DNA of 64,000 bases from the human T2T-CHM13v2.0 reference genome, Homo sapiens, in NCBI RefSeq assembly GCF_009914755.1, contig NC_060942.1. The stretch is one strand, 5' to 3'. How positions within the stretch are numbered: position 1 is the first letter of the stretch; each line of letters opens with the position of its first letter. Under the pieces are notes generated by a model. The model saw nothing but the letters and a program-made list of their open reading frames with translations. It was not told where the DNA came from and ran no database searches. Shown here one piece after another: positions 15,137-28,550 of this stretch. The position numbers and the translations under genes were made by a program.

Positions 15137-17348
15137 CAGGCATATGTTGAAGATATTGCAGATTTGATTCCAGACCATCCCAATAAGGAGAATATTGCAA
15201 AAAAGGGAGTCACACAAATTGTTTGGTTTCCCAGTGCATATAAAAGTCGTATTTGTATACTGTAGTCTGTTGGGTGTGCAGTAGCATTATGTATGTAAAA
15301 CACTGTACATACCTTAATTTAAAAAATACTTTATGCTGGACATGGTGACTCATGCCTATAATCCCAACACTTTGGGAGGCCAAGGAAAGAGGATTACTTG
15401 AGCCCAGGAGTTTAAGACCAGCCTGGACAGTAACAGAAACAGACCCTGTTTCTATAAAAAATAAAATATTAGCCAGACTTGGTGGTACATGCCTATAGTT
15501 CCAGATATTAATTAGGGAGGCTGAAGCAGGAGGATCACTTGAGCCGATGTGGTCAAGGCTGTAGTGAGCTGAGATGGTGCCGCTCCACTCCAACTTGGGT
15601 GACTGAGTGAGACCCTGTCTGAAAACCAATGATAACAATAATCTGAACCTTCAGCAAGTCATAATCACTTTGCTGGTAGAGAGAGTCTTGTCTTGATGTT
15701 GATGGCTGCTGACTGATCAGGATAGTGGTTGCTGAAGGATGGAATGGCTGTGGCAATTGCTTAAAGTAAGACAACAATGAAGTGTTCTGTATTGATTGAC
15801 ACTTCCTTTGTTGAAAGATTTTTGTGGCATGCAATGCTATTTGATAACATTTTACCCATAGTAGAACTTAGTTTAACTGGAGTCAGCCCTCCCAAACCAT
15901 GCTGTTGCTTTTTATCAACTAAGTTAATGTAATATTCTAAATCATTTATTTGTATTTCAACAATGTTCACAGTATCTTCACCAGAAGAGGATTTTATCTC
16001 AAGAAACTACCTTCATTACATATCTATAAGAAGCACCTCCTGACCTGTGAAAGTTTTATCATGAGATTGAAACAGTTCAGTCACAACTTTGGGTTCCACT
16101 TCGAATTCTAGTTCTCTTGCTGTTTCTACCACATCTGCAGTTAGTTCCACCACTGAAGTGTTGAAGTGGATCAGAATCCACTTCTTCCATACTCTTGTTA
16201 ATGTTGCTATTGTGACCAACTCCTGTGAATCATGAATGTTCTCAACGGCATCTAGCAGGGTGAACTCTTCTCTGAAGATTTTCAATTCACTTTCCTCAGA
16301 TCCATAAGAGGAATTGCTATCTATGGCTTTTACAGCCTTAGGAAATATATGTCTTAAATAAGAAGACTTGAAAATCAAAATTATTCCTTGATTTATGGAC
16401 TGCAGAATAGATGTTATCTTAGCAGGTATGAAAGCAACATTAGTCTCTTTGTACATCTCCCTCATCTCTTGGGTGACTAGATGCATTGTCAGTGAACAGT
16501 AGTATTTTGAAAGGAATCTTTTTTTTTTTTCTTTTCTGAGCAGTACGTCTTAACAGCTTAAAATATTCAGTAAACCATGTTGCAAACAGATGTGGTGTCA
16601 TGCATGCTTTGTTTTTCCATTTATAGAGTACAGGTGTAGCAGATGTAACATAATGTTTAAGTGCTCTGGGATTTCCGAAATGCTAAATGATCAACTTCAA
16701 CTTAAAATCATCAGCTACATTAGCCCCAAACGGGAGAGTGAACCTGTTTTTTGAAGCATTGAAAGCAAACCTTGACTTCACCTCTCTACCTATGAAAGTC
16801 CTAGATGGCATTTTCTTTCAACAGAAGGCTGTTTTGTCTACATAGAAAATCTATTTCATATAGCCACCTTTGTCAATGATCTTAGCGAGATATTTTGGAT
16901 AACTTGCTGGGGCTTCTACATTAGTAATTGCTGCTTCACTTTGCACTTTTATGTTATGGAGATGGCTTCTTTCCTTAAGCCTCATGAACCAAACTTTGCT
17001 AGCTTCTAACTTTTCTTCTGCGGCTTCCTTACCTCTCCTAGCCTTCATAGAATTTTGACCAAGCTTACCATTTTATATGGGCACTGTTCATGACACCCCA
17101 AACAATTACAGTAGTAACACCAGAGATAACTGATTACAGAACACCATAACAGATATGATAATAATGACAAAGTTTCAAATATTGTGAATTACCAAACTAT
17201 GACACAGACAGGAAATGAGCACATGCTGTTGGAAAAATGGCACCAATAGACTTGCTTGATGCAGGGTTGCCTCAAACTTGCAATTTGTAAAAAATGCAAT
17301 ATCTGCGAAGCATAATAAAGTGAAACACACAAAACATGAAGTATCCCT
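15137..17348 (-). mobile_element. Tigger1 (TcMar-pogo) DNA transposon fossil with both ends, an internal deletion and a nested AluJ
   Basis: Ends caggcatatgttgaagatattgc and gcaatatctgcgaagcataataaag...gtatccct. Minus-strand ORFs 16851..17048 ([29 protein letters not shown]) and 16016..16486 (FIPAKITSILQSINQGIILIFKSSYLR) are Tigger transposase HTH and DDE fragments. Confidence 0.93.
15335..15625 (+). mobile_element. AluJ inserted in Tigger1
   Basis: gctggacatggtgactcatgcctataatccc...ggattacttgagcccaggagttt...gagtgagaccctgtct; Tigger1 sequence resumes on both sides. Confidence 0.95.
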
Positions 17349-18093
17349 AAATTCCAGAGACTGTATCACACATATTAATCACTTAATGTGATTAATCAAA
17401 AGCTACAGTCTTTTGTATGTTTGATGATTGTTTGATTAAATTGAATATGGTGCTTTTTCTAGTTAGATGGTATCTGGATAAATCTATTATATAATACTCT
17501 GATACTATAGGGCTTATATATGAATGATAAAGCCTACATTACACCTTACATTTAGATAAAATTTTGAATTTCTAATCTGGCCGTTTTTATATACATTTGG
17601 TTTTACCCAAAATATGTCACTTAAGATGTTTTGGGGCACTGTATGTTTTCTGTACATATTTAATTAGTTTTGAGTTAAATGGTATAACATTGATTAAATA
17701 AGTCATAGTCTGCACATGAATATCACTAATTGTTTAAAATAACTGTGTAATCTCTAATAAGTTAAGCTTCTTTTAACTTAAAACTATTTTTAAATGTAGG
17801 GACAAAATTAAGTAGTTCTTGAGGAGGATGATAAGATTAGATATTATTGTGGTAGCATTTTCTGAGTAGAAAATCATTATGTGAAATGTTACCCAGCAAG
17901 ATCAGGTTTCAAGTTTTCAGCACAATCCTAATCGACTTGGGCTTGGGTAACTGTAAAGCCTTTATAGTCAAACATCTGATACTGCAGCCATAGTTGAGTA
18001 TTTGTGGTTCATTGTGAAATGTCCCGTTATTTTTTTCATGATATGAAAAGTAGAAGTCGAGCCCCACAAGAAATTCAAGGACTGTTGTGTGTG

Positions 18094-18096
<3 letters not shown>

Positions 18097-18124
<28 letters not shown>
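18097..18124. repeat. (TG)n microsatellite, about 14 units
   Basis: Direct reading of the sequence. Confidence 0.95.
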
Positions 18125-18126
<2 letters not shown>

Positions 18127-18295
18127 ACGTGCATGCATAGGCACTCACATTTCTGGTAGTTATCACATTGTTGATGTAAGATTGGATTGCTGAATGGGAA
18201 GGAAATACTTTTTATACAGAATGCCTCACAGTAATGCAGTAAGCATGGAAGAGGACTCTTAATTACTATTAAGTCCTCCCAGACTTAATTGTGAT

Positions 18296-18691
18296 TGTCT
18301 TAGTCAGCTTAAGCTGCTGTAAGAAAATACCATAGAGTGGGTGGCTTAAATAACAGAAATTTTTTTCTCACAGTTCTGGAAGACAGAAAGCCCAGATTAA
18401 GGTTGGCAGTGTCCGTTTCTGGTAAGGGCTTTCTTCCTGGCTTGTAGCTGGCTGCCTTCTTGCTGTGTCATCACATTGGCCTTTCTTCCATATGTCTGCG
18501 CAGAGACACAGCAAGCTGTCTACTGTCTCTTCTTATAAGGACACCAATCCTATTGGATCAGGGCCCCATCCTTAGGACCTCATTTATCCTTAATCACTTC
18601 GCTAGAGGGCCCATCTTCAAATGCAGATACACTGAGGGTTAAGGTTTCAATGTATGAATTTTGAAAGTACAAAGACATTCAGTCCATAACC
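18296..18691 (-). mobile_element. MaLR solo LTR (MLT1A-like)
   Basis: tgtcttagtcagctt...ctcacagttctgga...cattcagtccataacc, flanked by a perfect 5-bp TSD GTGAT (18291-18295 and 18692-18696). Confidence 0.9.
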
Positions 18692-18882
18692 GTGATTCAG
18701 AATTTGGAAGATTTATAGAATTCATAGTATAACATAAGAATATTTCTAGAAATTTTTTGTATCTGATTCATTTTGAAAGTTATTTATAACAATATGCTTA
18801 ACACAGTACCATGGTTCTATTTTTGCTTACTACTCATATGTGTTTTCATATGTTATTCCTAACATATAAACCAATAAAATTA

Positions 18883-19304
<422 letters not shown>

Positions 19305-20569
19305 TCAATAACCACTAAGCTATGCAATTATAGCCACGAAATGGCCATTTCTTAATATATCTTTTTATGCTGTCAAGCTTTCTTTCTCCATTCTTCCAAA
19401 TAATTGAGCAAAAAAAGGTAATTTCAGTGATTTCAGCTTTATCAAGATCTAGGTATAATTTACTCCAGAAACATTGAACACTCTATAAATATTTCAGTGC
19501 AGAAATAGGACCCAAAATGGATGTAAAATTACATTGTGTGTGAGTCTTTCCAAGTATCCTATGCAGGTGAAAATCTTTGAGGAGGAATAGGCATTTAACT
19601 GGGATGATTTTATTTAATTTTTTTTCTAAGTGGAGCTCTTCTCTTCCTCTCTTATTTCATTGCTTGTGCTCTTAATTGCCACACGCCTGAATGATTTTAG
19701 TTTTGCTTCATTGTTTTGAACTTGACAACATAATTCAAATGCAGAACAGTTGATATGCTCACATAGGGACTTCTTTTTATAGTTGATTTGTTTTCAGAAG
19801 GAATAAAAATTATATTTTTGTTGAGCCAGTTTTTCTAAAAGCAATAGCACATAATTCTTAAAAATAAGTCTTAGTTCTTTTAGGACAATTAAAAGACTAT
19901 TTATCCTTTGTCTTCTTACACACCCAAGCAAAAATGAAATTGATAATTGTTTACTGGAACTCAGGTCGTTTTTCTATTGAGTTTCTTTTTTATTAAAAAG
20001 TTAAGGCCTGTGCTGGTGCAGTGCAAGATGTCTATATGATATCTGGATTCTCTGTAGTCTGCTAGTAATCATCTCCTGGGCCTGTTCTTAGTACTCAGGT
20101 ATATATATGCAGGGTGGTTAGTTGTCAAATTAGAGGAACATCACAGAAATTAGAGGACCTCAGAGAAATTAAGATAAAGTTGTGGAGATGTAGATATTAC
20201 TGTTAAGTTAATTAAATACCTACTAAGCGCCTACTCAGTGTTTACTGTGTAAGATCCTGATAACTTTTTGGAAGTTTTAAGGCATATGTTCATTCCATTA
20301 ACATTTATTCAGCACATTCTGTGTTCTTGAGACTGTAGAAGTTGTGGGGGTTAATAGATGAATAAAATACCATTTCTGCCTTTGAGTATTTCAGACCATT
20401 TTCTGTGTTATTTAATGAGGTCTTTCAGCCTCTTCTCTGTGAAGCATATCTTAAGCCTCATACTTGATGTTATTTTTTGATTTTAAAGTTGATAATTTCT
20501 AAATTATCTCTTGAATTATTCATGTATATGATATTCCAACATGTTAAAAAGTATTGTCTTTCCAACACA

Positions 20570-20920
20570 AATATAAGCTCTTAAAGGAAAGGAACTCATA
20601 CCTTTGTACCATTAATTTTCTTGGCATAGTGCTGAAATGCTGTGTTTTATATAGTATGTCAAGCAAATTAATAAATAGGGACATGATAATAAAAATAATA
20701 CCTAACATCTATTGATCCTTTATATTAGGCTTAATGCCAAGGACTTTACATAAATTACCTTGAAACAAAAGATTTGAGATGGGTAGATACTATGTTCCCC
20801 ATTTTACCAGTAAAGAATCAGAGGCAGATGAGGGTGAGTAATTTGAAAAAGTTCATCAAGCTAGAAAATGATAAACCTGGGATTTGATGTCTGACTTAGA
20901 GCCAATTGTTCTTAACCTTT
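20570..20920. mobile_element. Adjacent L2 3' end (+) and MIR (-) fragments
   Basis: taagctcttaaaggaaagga...ggcatagtgc, then cccattttaccagtaaagaatcagaggcaga...tgtctgactt. Confidence 0.6.
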
Positions 20921-23090
20921 TTAAACATTTGTGGCCTAAGTCTAATAAAACTGTGATTTAAAAAAGTATTGGTTATAAGATTCTATCGAGTAAACACTCC
21001 CCTACTGCTGTTGGCAGTTTTTCTGCCTGATTATTGCTATCCTATATGATTACTCACCAAAATGAAAGTCTGGTTTGTCAAAGACAGGTATGTTGAAACT
21101 CTTTCAGTTTATACCCTAGTTGTAAATAGTTTTGAAGACTGAAAAAAAAAAAAAAACATTTCCACAACCCACTTACATTTGGAGGATGCAAAACCTCACA
21201 CCGTTTTGCTTGTCCAACATGAGGATGACCATTTTGGGTAAAGATTTGGGCTTATGGACAGCAGCATGACATATTTTAAATGTAACTTCGTACTGTTTGT
21301 TTTTAGAAGATGGTGCTCTGAGGGCAGGAAACGTACTGTGGGTAATGGGAGAACTAAAGACTTCATGAAACTCAATTTTTTATTGTTGATCTTGGACTTA
21401 CAGATTGAAATTCTTGTTTCTTGCTAACCTACTAGTCAAATCATAATTGCTAACAAAATGTAGATAATCCAAAAGGTAATTTTAGAAGGTGTCAATTTCT
21501 ACACTTGTGGAAACAATTGCATGGAAATAGTTGAGATTGTCTACCTCCACAATGTTTAGGTCCACCATGTTTAGGTGGAGGTAGAGGGAGGCTAAGTTAT
21601 TAACATCGTTTTTCCTTTTGAGATACGTGTCTAGGCAAAGAAAAGGAGGCCTGAATGAATGCCCCAGTATAGTTTCAGAAGCAGCATGACTGCATCCTTT
21701 AGGAAGTGTTCTTAAGCAGAGAATAAGCAGAATCTTTATCATGACCACTTGTTCATCCACTCTCCTATCACCCATTTATTATACTCCCACTGGGAAGTAT
21801 GAAAACCTCACCCTTTCCTTTTTATTTTTATAAAAGACATATGCATAATTGCCAAGCAGGGCATGTTTCAGGCCACTGTGGCTATCTTAAATTCATAATG
21901 TAGTTCTTCTCTAGCATGTCTGCAGGAAATACAATTCGTACAATGATTATTCAGTTTGTAGCTTAATTTGTGTTCATTGAAGATGACCTGATGGTAGCTA
22001 GAAATAGAAAATTGGCATTAATTAAGATTTGTTGGAACAGATTGTTGTCAGTGAGGTAGTTTAAAGAATAGCTCAGATCTTAATTTCTTAAATGTTAGGA
22101 TTAGCAAGGCTCACTTTGGAAGCCTCCTCTCCCACTCTCCCACTCTCCCCCACTACGAGAAGGAAAGTACTGAACAAGAATACAGGAAGTACTAGTAGGA
22201 ATTGCCAAAGTTTTTACGGCTTACTCTGTTTTTATTTAACTTTTCGAAATTTTAACTTGATTGCTAAGACGAGAATTATTTATTATTTTTCAATTCCCTT
22301 CTTTTTTATTGTATTACTAAAAGTCATCCAATTATAACTTAATTCCCAAAGTTTTATAAGTTACTTTTTATAGTACATAGAGTGGTAAAGTCTTCTCTCC
22401 TTTTCTCATAAGAAGGTGATGAGGGATTGTGAAATAGTCTCTGAAGCATTTTGAGTAACCTGGAGCAGATAATTATTTAAACTTTTGAATCCAGTCTTCC
22501 CTGTACCCAACTTCCAACCACCTAATTTCCCCAACAATTTCTAGTCTTTATTAAAAGGGTACCTTTGTGATAAGAGAGTAGGGGGATACATAATTTTTAA
22601 TAGCTAAGGAGTTGTGTCCTTTGGTAAAAAGAAGGCCAGGACTAGTTTCCACATGGACCATTTACTGTTGTTTATTACTATCCCAATTTTAAACCATGCT
22701 TGTGAGAATTGATCTGAGAGGAAGCTTCCTCTTCAAAACAGATCATTCAAAACAGCCCCTACCACATTAGGATGCAAACTAAGACATGAATGAGGTTTAT
22801 CTGAGAATTATATTTTGTTTCTGGTAAGGATGTTTTAGATCATATAGTTTTAGACTTTTGTTTCACAAATCAATAAACTAAGGCTTAGGAAAAGTGAGTG
22901 AGTTGTCCACAATGATAGTCAATGAATATTTGACTCATCTTTAAGCTTAGAAGAGGCTGATTATTTCAGAATTTAAGAAGAATGTACAAAAGTATATTCA
23001 AAAGTAAGTGAAGGCTGAACCCTGTGTAAAGAAAGAAGGATCAATGTTCTGTTCTTACGTACTATTGAAATGGAACTATTGAAATAGTTC

Positions 23091-23162
23091 TTAGGTACTA
23101 TTCAGTGGGTTTGGCCATTGAAAGGAATGGCAAAAACCGCAATTACTTTTGCACCTACCTAA
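23091..23162. mobile_element. MADE1 (Hsmar1-derived MITE) with a damaged left TIR
   Basis: Right half aatggcaaaaaccgcaattacttttgcacctacctaa followed by TA matches MADE1; the left half is partly replaced. Confidence 0.85.
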
Positions 23163-24189
23163 TAGTAAATAGTTGTAAAACTGTTGGCAGGAGTTAGGGA
23201 TGCAAGAGAGATTGTACTATAATTTGTACTTCAAATAGTGATCTAAAATTTTTGATTCTGGTCTCATTGGCTTCTTGTTGCCACCAGGACCTCACCCAAA
23301 GGAAGACTGAAAAGAACAAGGAAGGGACTGTGACTGGCTCAGATTCCCACCATGGGTTGGTGGAGAGAGCCATTGAGCTCAGTAAGGCATGGTGAGCCAA
23401 TGACGACCTCGCAGAGAGAAATCATTGAATTGAGTATTATTTTCCAGTTTTTGTTTGGAATGCATTTAACTATGGGATATGTGAGGCAAGGGCCAATAGA
23501 TTTGTCTGTAGACAATTTGATTAAGAGGGTTTGTCCAACAGCTATTCTCTTTTCAGATTTTCCCCATGGACTTAACAACCCACTCTGTTTCTTTATTTAC
23601 ATTATATTTTATGTTTTCTGATTGAATTTTCCTTCTGTTTCTCTATAAAAAATAAAATGGATAGCAATTAAATATTTAAATATAATCACAGTAAAATATA
23701 ATGGTCTGAAAAGCCCAATCAGTAAATGAAAGCATTGTGAAGTAATGTGAAGAGACAGTAAGAATCAAGTTTTCATTTACCGATTATTTTTTCTGGCATT
23801 AGTAACATTTAAATTTTCTTCATGAATGGATCTTTAGTGTATCAAATGCAGTATATAATATATGTAATGATTATTTTACTGATTAAAAGCAGCTAAATCC
23901 AATATAATTCAGAGCTATCAAATGCTTTGTGTAATTAATTCATTATGTGTTGTCTTATTCATCACATACAAAATGGTGATATTGATCCCTGACCTTCCTA
24001 TTGTCTAGGCTTGCTATGTAGACTAAAATTAAAACATGCATTTGATAGCCTGTTACAAGTGTATGCTGCTGATTTTATTAAACCCTTTGCATTTAATTTA
24101 AATATTTTCAGATTGTTTTTCTTAGTTTGGAGAATCAAGATCCAAGAAATTAGCTGTTTACTTTATAGCACAATCTATTCTGTAAGCTG

Positions 24190-24628
24190 ATGTGTAAGTT
24201 TGCATGGGTATCATGGAGTCCCAAAATTTAAATGACATAATCAAATAGAAGTTCACTTTGCATGTTGCAGTCTGAAGGTGGGTAGTCCTATGAGTTATGA
24301 GATAGCTGTGTTACCCCAGGATATCAAGGAAGCTAGGTCCTTCTGTCTTGTTGCTTTGCTGTCTCTAGGATTTTGTTCTTATCCCAGTGGTCTCAGATAG
24401 CTTGCAGCTGGAAGAAGGGGCATGCATAGTCCCTTTAAAGACATGCTCTGAAAGTTGAATAAACAGTTCTACTCATGTCCCATTGGTTTAGACATACACT
24501 TGCACTGAGCTGAAAGGGAGGCTAGAGAATAGATCTTTATTCGAGGAGGCATGTTCCAAGATAAAAAGTGGAGGATCTTAACTGTAGGGAAGGGTCCTTC
24601 TTGGAGAACAACCACCAGCCTCTGCCAA
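24190..24628 (-). mobile_element. Old MaLR LTR (MLT1J/K-like)
   Basis: ctaggtccttctgtcttgttgct...ttctactcatgtcccattgg...aagggaggctagagaatag...cagcctctgcca. Confidence 0.65.
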
Positions 24629-25571
24629 ATCTGTTTTTTCATTAAATCCCATGTGTGGGCTTGATTTATATTAAAGATGTGTTATCACTTTTTACCTTTG
24701 AAAAAAATTACCTATATAGTTTACACAGACACTCCTTATATTTTAGGTCTCTCTGACAATGCTGAGCCTCTAATGGCCTTCACCAATTTTTGCTCTCCAC
24801 CCCCACCTTCAAGGCCTAATTCAAATGTCACATAGCACCTCCTTGTGAAGAATTCTTTCACTCCTTTAGCTTCAATTAATCACTTTATCTTTGCAATTTC
24901 ATTTTAACGTAATATGTGTGTTCTTCTGTTGCAGTATCTAATAAACTCTCTCAATTTTTCTTGTAATAGGACTGCAGTTTGCTTAATTGGTAGAGTTCAC
25001 GTCTCATTGATCTTCTCTTCCCCATGGTGTCCTTGTTAATACTGGACTTGTGATATTTTCAGATTGAATGAGTGGAAATTTGAATTCTAGCTCTGTTTCT
25101 TCTTTGAACATAATGTGTTATCTTGGATAAGTCACTTAGACTATTTTTCTTGTCTTTCCAGTAAAACAGGGGAAATCATAATTCTTGCATCAAACTATTA
25201 TAAAAATAAAATAATTTGCAAAAACTTGAAAAATGTTCTGTCAGTTGTAAGATATTTAGTTTATGAGATGTCACTGTTTGCTGCCATTGTTAGAAATTTG
25301 GAGAAAGATAATCAAGATAGAATGAAATCCAATTTGCATTCTAAGATATTTTACAGCAGTATTTTGGCATACTGGTGCCAAATGTTTCATGTTTCCATAA
25401 GAAATATTAAAATATCTGATATTTATTTTTTATCTAAAATTTCATCAGTAGTTAGAAAAGGGAGTCTAGTTAGTGTTCTTTATTCAGATTCCATGACAGG
25501 ATATAAAACTACTGTTACTTAATGAAGCAGAGCCTCAGTTGTTTTTAATATATATTAACGACTAATGTTGG

Positions 25572-25874
25572 GGCTGGGTATGCTGGCTTGTGCCTGTAAT
25601 CCCAGCACATTGGGAGGCCATGGCAGGAGGATGGCTTGAGGCCAGGAGTTTAAGACTATTCTTGGAAATATAGCAAGACCCCTTATGTACAAAATAAAAA
25701 AAACCAGCCAGGTGTGATTGTGCATACCTGTGGTTCTAGCTACTTGGGAGACTAAGGTGAGAGGGTTGCTTGAGCCAAGAAGATGCAGGCTGCAGTGAGC
25801 TGTGATTGTGCCACTGCACTCCAGCCTAGGTGACAGAGTGAGGCCTTGTCTCAAAAATAAAATTAAAAAGAAAA
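25572..25874 (+). mobile_element. AluJ
   Basis: Full dimer with AluJ diagnostics (ggatggcttgaggccaggagttt; gctgcagtgagctgtgattgtgcc). Degenerate TSD actaat(g/t)ttggg at 25561 and 25875. Confidence 0.95.
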
Positions 25875-28550
25875 ACTAATTTTGGGACTCCAATATCAGG
25901 GATTGGGATTTTCCTGATGTACACTCTACCTATAAGTAAATTATCCTTTATTAACTGAGATGCTTTATTTGGATCTTATTTGTAACTCAGCATTTTTTTT
26001 TTTTACTGTGAAGTTAAAACTTTATGTAGCAAATTATACCTATTGATATTTCCTAATTTGCCATGTTTGGTATAATGACAGTTCATTTACAATAAATCCC
26101 AATTCACTTAACATATTAGTGCTCAGGTTTTTTTGTTGTTGTTGTATTTTGGTGGAGGCAGTGGTGATATTTCTTTAGCTATTTTCATACTTAGGTCACT
26201 TCAACCTTCTGAATGTATGATATTGATGTAGAATTTCCCTTGCTTTCCCACCGTCCATACTCATAAGTGTTAACAGTAGTATCCCGACAGTATTTCTGCC
26301 CATTATCTGATGGGTATGTTTTTGGGGAAAAGGGATGTGTCTTAAAGTCCTGTGTCTGCACCGTCATCCAAATTTTGTTTGAAATGTGATTATGAAGCTT
26401 CATATACACAAAATGGAAATTTGGAGAAGAGACTTTAGGGAGCAAAACCAATTTGCTGTCTCTTAGGAGGTGCATATGTATGTAGGAAATAATTCTTTGG
26501 AAAATCTGTGTCATTATTTGTGCGCTTCTGTCTTTGAGATCCTCAGTTTAATATTTATTGAACATTCATTATATGCTAGGATTTTTCCATTATACTGAAA
26601 TAGTTTGCTGCCTGTTAAACTAAATACAGCATAGAATATATTTTAATTATGAACAGTAATCTGGTTTCCGAGATTCTTGTAAATTGCACATACATACACT
26701 AATGCTTTAGCCTCTGTTGGTTATTAGGATCACTGCCACGTTAATACTCCTTTATCATTTAAGATACAGATGGTTAGTGCTCCTGGGAAACTTCCCCCAA
26801 GAAATATGGTTTCTTCTTTTGTATTCCTTGGGGGAATTTCTAGTGTATCATTATCGTTGTTTTTTTAATAACTCTTTCTCTGAACTAAACTATGAATTCC
26901 AAGAAAGCTGGTAGCATATCTCACTCGTTTGCACGTCCTGTATGATTCCTAGATCATAGTGGCCATCACAGCAAATGTTTATTTGACTGAACATATATTA
27001 CTTAGACATCTTTAGCCAATATTTGTATAAGGAATGGTTTGAGAAGATTCTTGTACTTGACTGTGATTGGAACCTCAGGTTATGCAACAGGAAGTCAGTA
27101 TGTCAAACATGAGAATTTAAAATTTTAGGAAGAAAACTACTTCATATTACTAAGCAACCAAGTGAACTCTCTCTTTCAAAATAATGTTTTCTGAGTTTTA
27201 TGCCTAGGTGAGTCAATTCTTTGCATTATCCTTAGTGAGAGACATGTTATTCTTTATGAGATATAGTGAAGTTAGTGAAGATGTCCAGAAAAACATAATG
27301 AATGTTATGTTTGCTATCTCAGGTCCAAATCTATCTAAAAGGTTTCTAGGTATCTGACATCAGCAGAATAATTGACATAGGAACCAAAATATATACCAAG
27401 TAGGTAGGGGAGGCAGTACACCAAGTGGATATTTCCAAGTTTTCTTTGTTTTAATATAGATAGAAAATAACTGACAAGGATGGAATGGGGTCAAGTAGAG
27501 CAAGTTAAGTGGAGATAAGAAGACAGAATTCTGTTAACCTTAAATGCAATTATATATGATGAGCATTTTTATAGATAGCAGCTTGACTCAAAAATAATTT
27601 AGGGTAAGTACATAGAAAATAATGCTGCAGTGATTTAACCCACTTAATTTTGTTTTAGATGTATTCTGGAACTAGAGGAAGTTGGTAAAATTTGGCAGTA
27701 GGACTAAAAGTTCCAGTTGTCACTATTATGGTAGTTTAGGTGAAAGGGGCAAGCGGAAAGGAAATAGTCCTCAGTCTTTTTATAATAAAGGACTCAATGA
27801 AAAAAAAACAGTGAATTCTCTGGTTCAACTTTAAATACTCTATGTAATGTCTATTACTTTGTTTCTAAAAAGCCTATTCATTAAGGAGAAGGAAAATGGA
27901 AATTCTTTTACTTGGTTTGAATTCTTTTTTGATTTTTATGTATGATAGCTATTGTAGCTCCATTGATCATTTAAAAAAAAATCTTACCATTTCAAGTTGT
28001 TGTTCCTTCTAAGGTTCCTGGCCCTGCTCCATCATAAGCAAGTGCAATCAGTCTAGAGCTCTTTGATCAGGAGGGAGTCAGATAATGCTGTCAAGGTGAT
28101 GGTAGTTAGACTTATGAAAGTGGTGGGATTCAGGAGGAGTCAAGGCACATTTTATAATATCAAATAGACCTTCAGGGGTTAATCTGGCATTGCTATTCTA
28201 TCTGCTGGGTCAAGGCTTTTTTTTTTTTCCTCATGCTCTTTTAAATACTGGATTCTGTCCACCCTGTTTAGAAGATTAGCCTTGGAAACCAATATTGTGT
28301 TTTCTTTCTTCCCTTCAGGACAAACTATTTTCCATTTGGGATCACCTCAACAACCTTAACAGGCAGCACCAGGTCTTCATATGCTTTTAAGTTTACCTTC
28401 TGCTATGGAAAGGATCTTTCCTTGAATGTTCATATTTTCATCTTGAGAAGGCAATATATATATAGGATTGGTTAAGCAGCTGTAAATAAATATGACAAAA
28501 TAGAAGAGTGGTTTGTGGGAGTTTTACTATATATACACATATATAATATT

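Noticed and set aside
16016-17048. Transposase-like ORFs as a possible domesticated TIGD gene
   Set aside because: Fragmented by stops and frameshifts and missing the N-terminus; consistent with a decayed Tigger1 copy.
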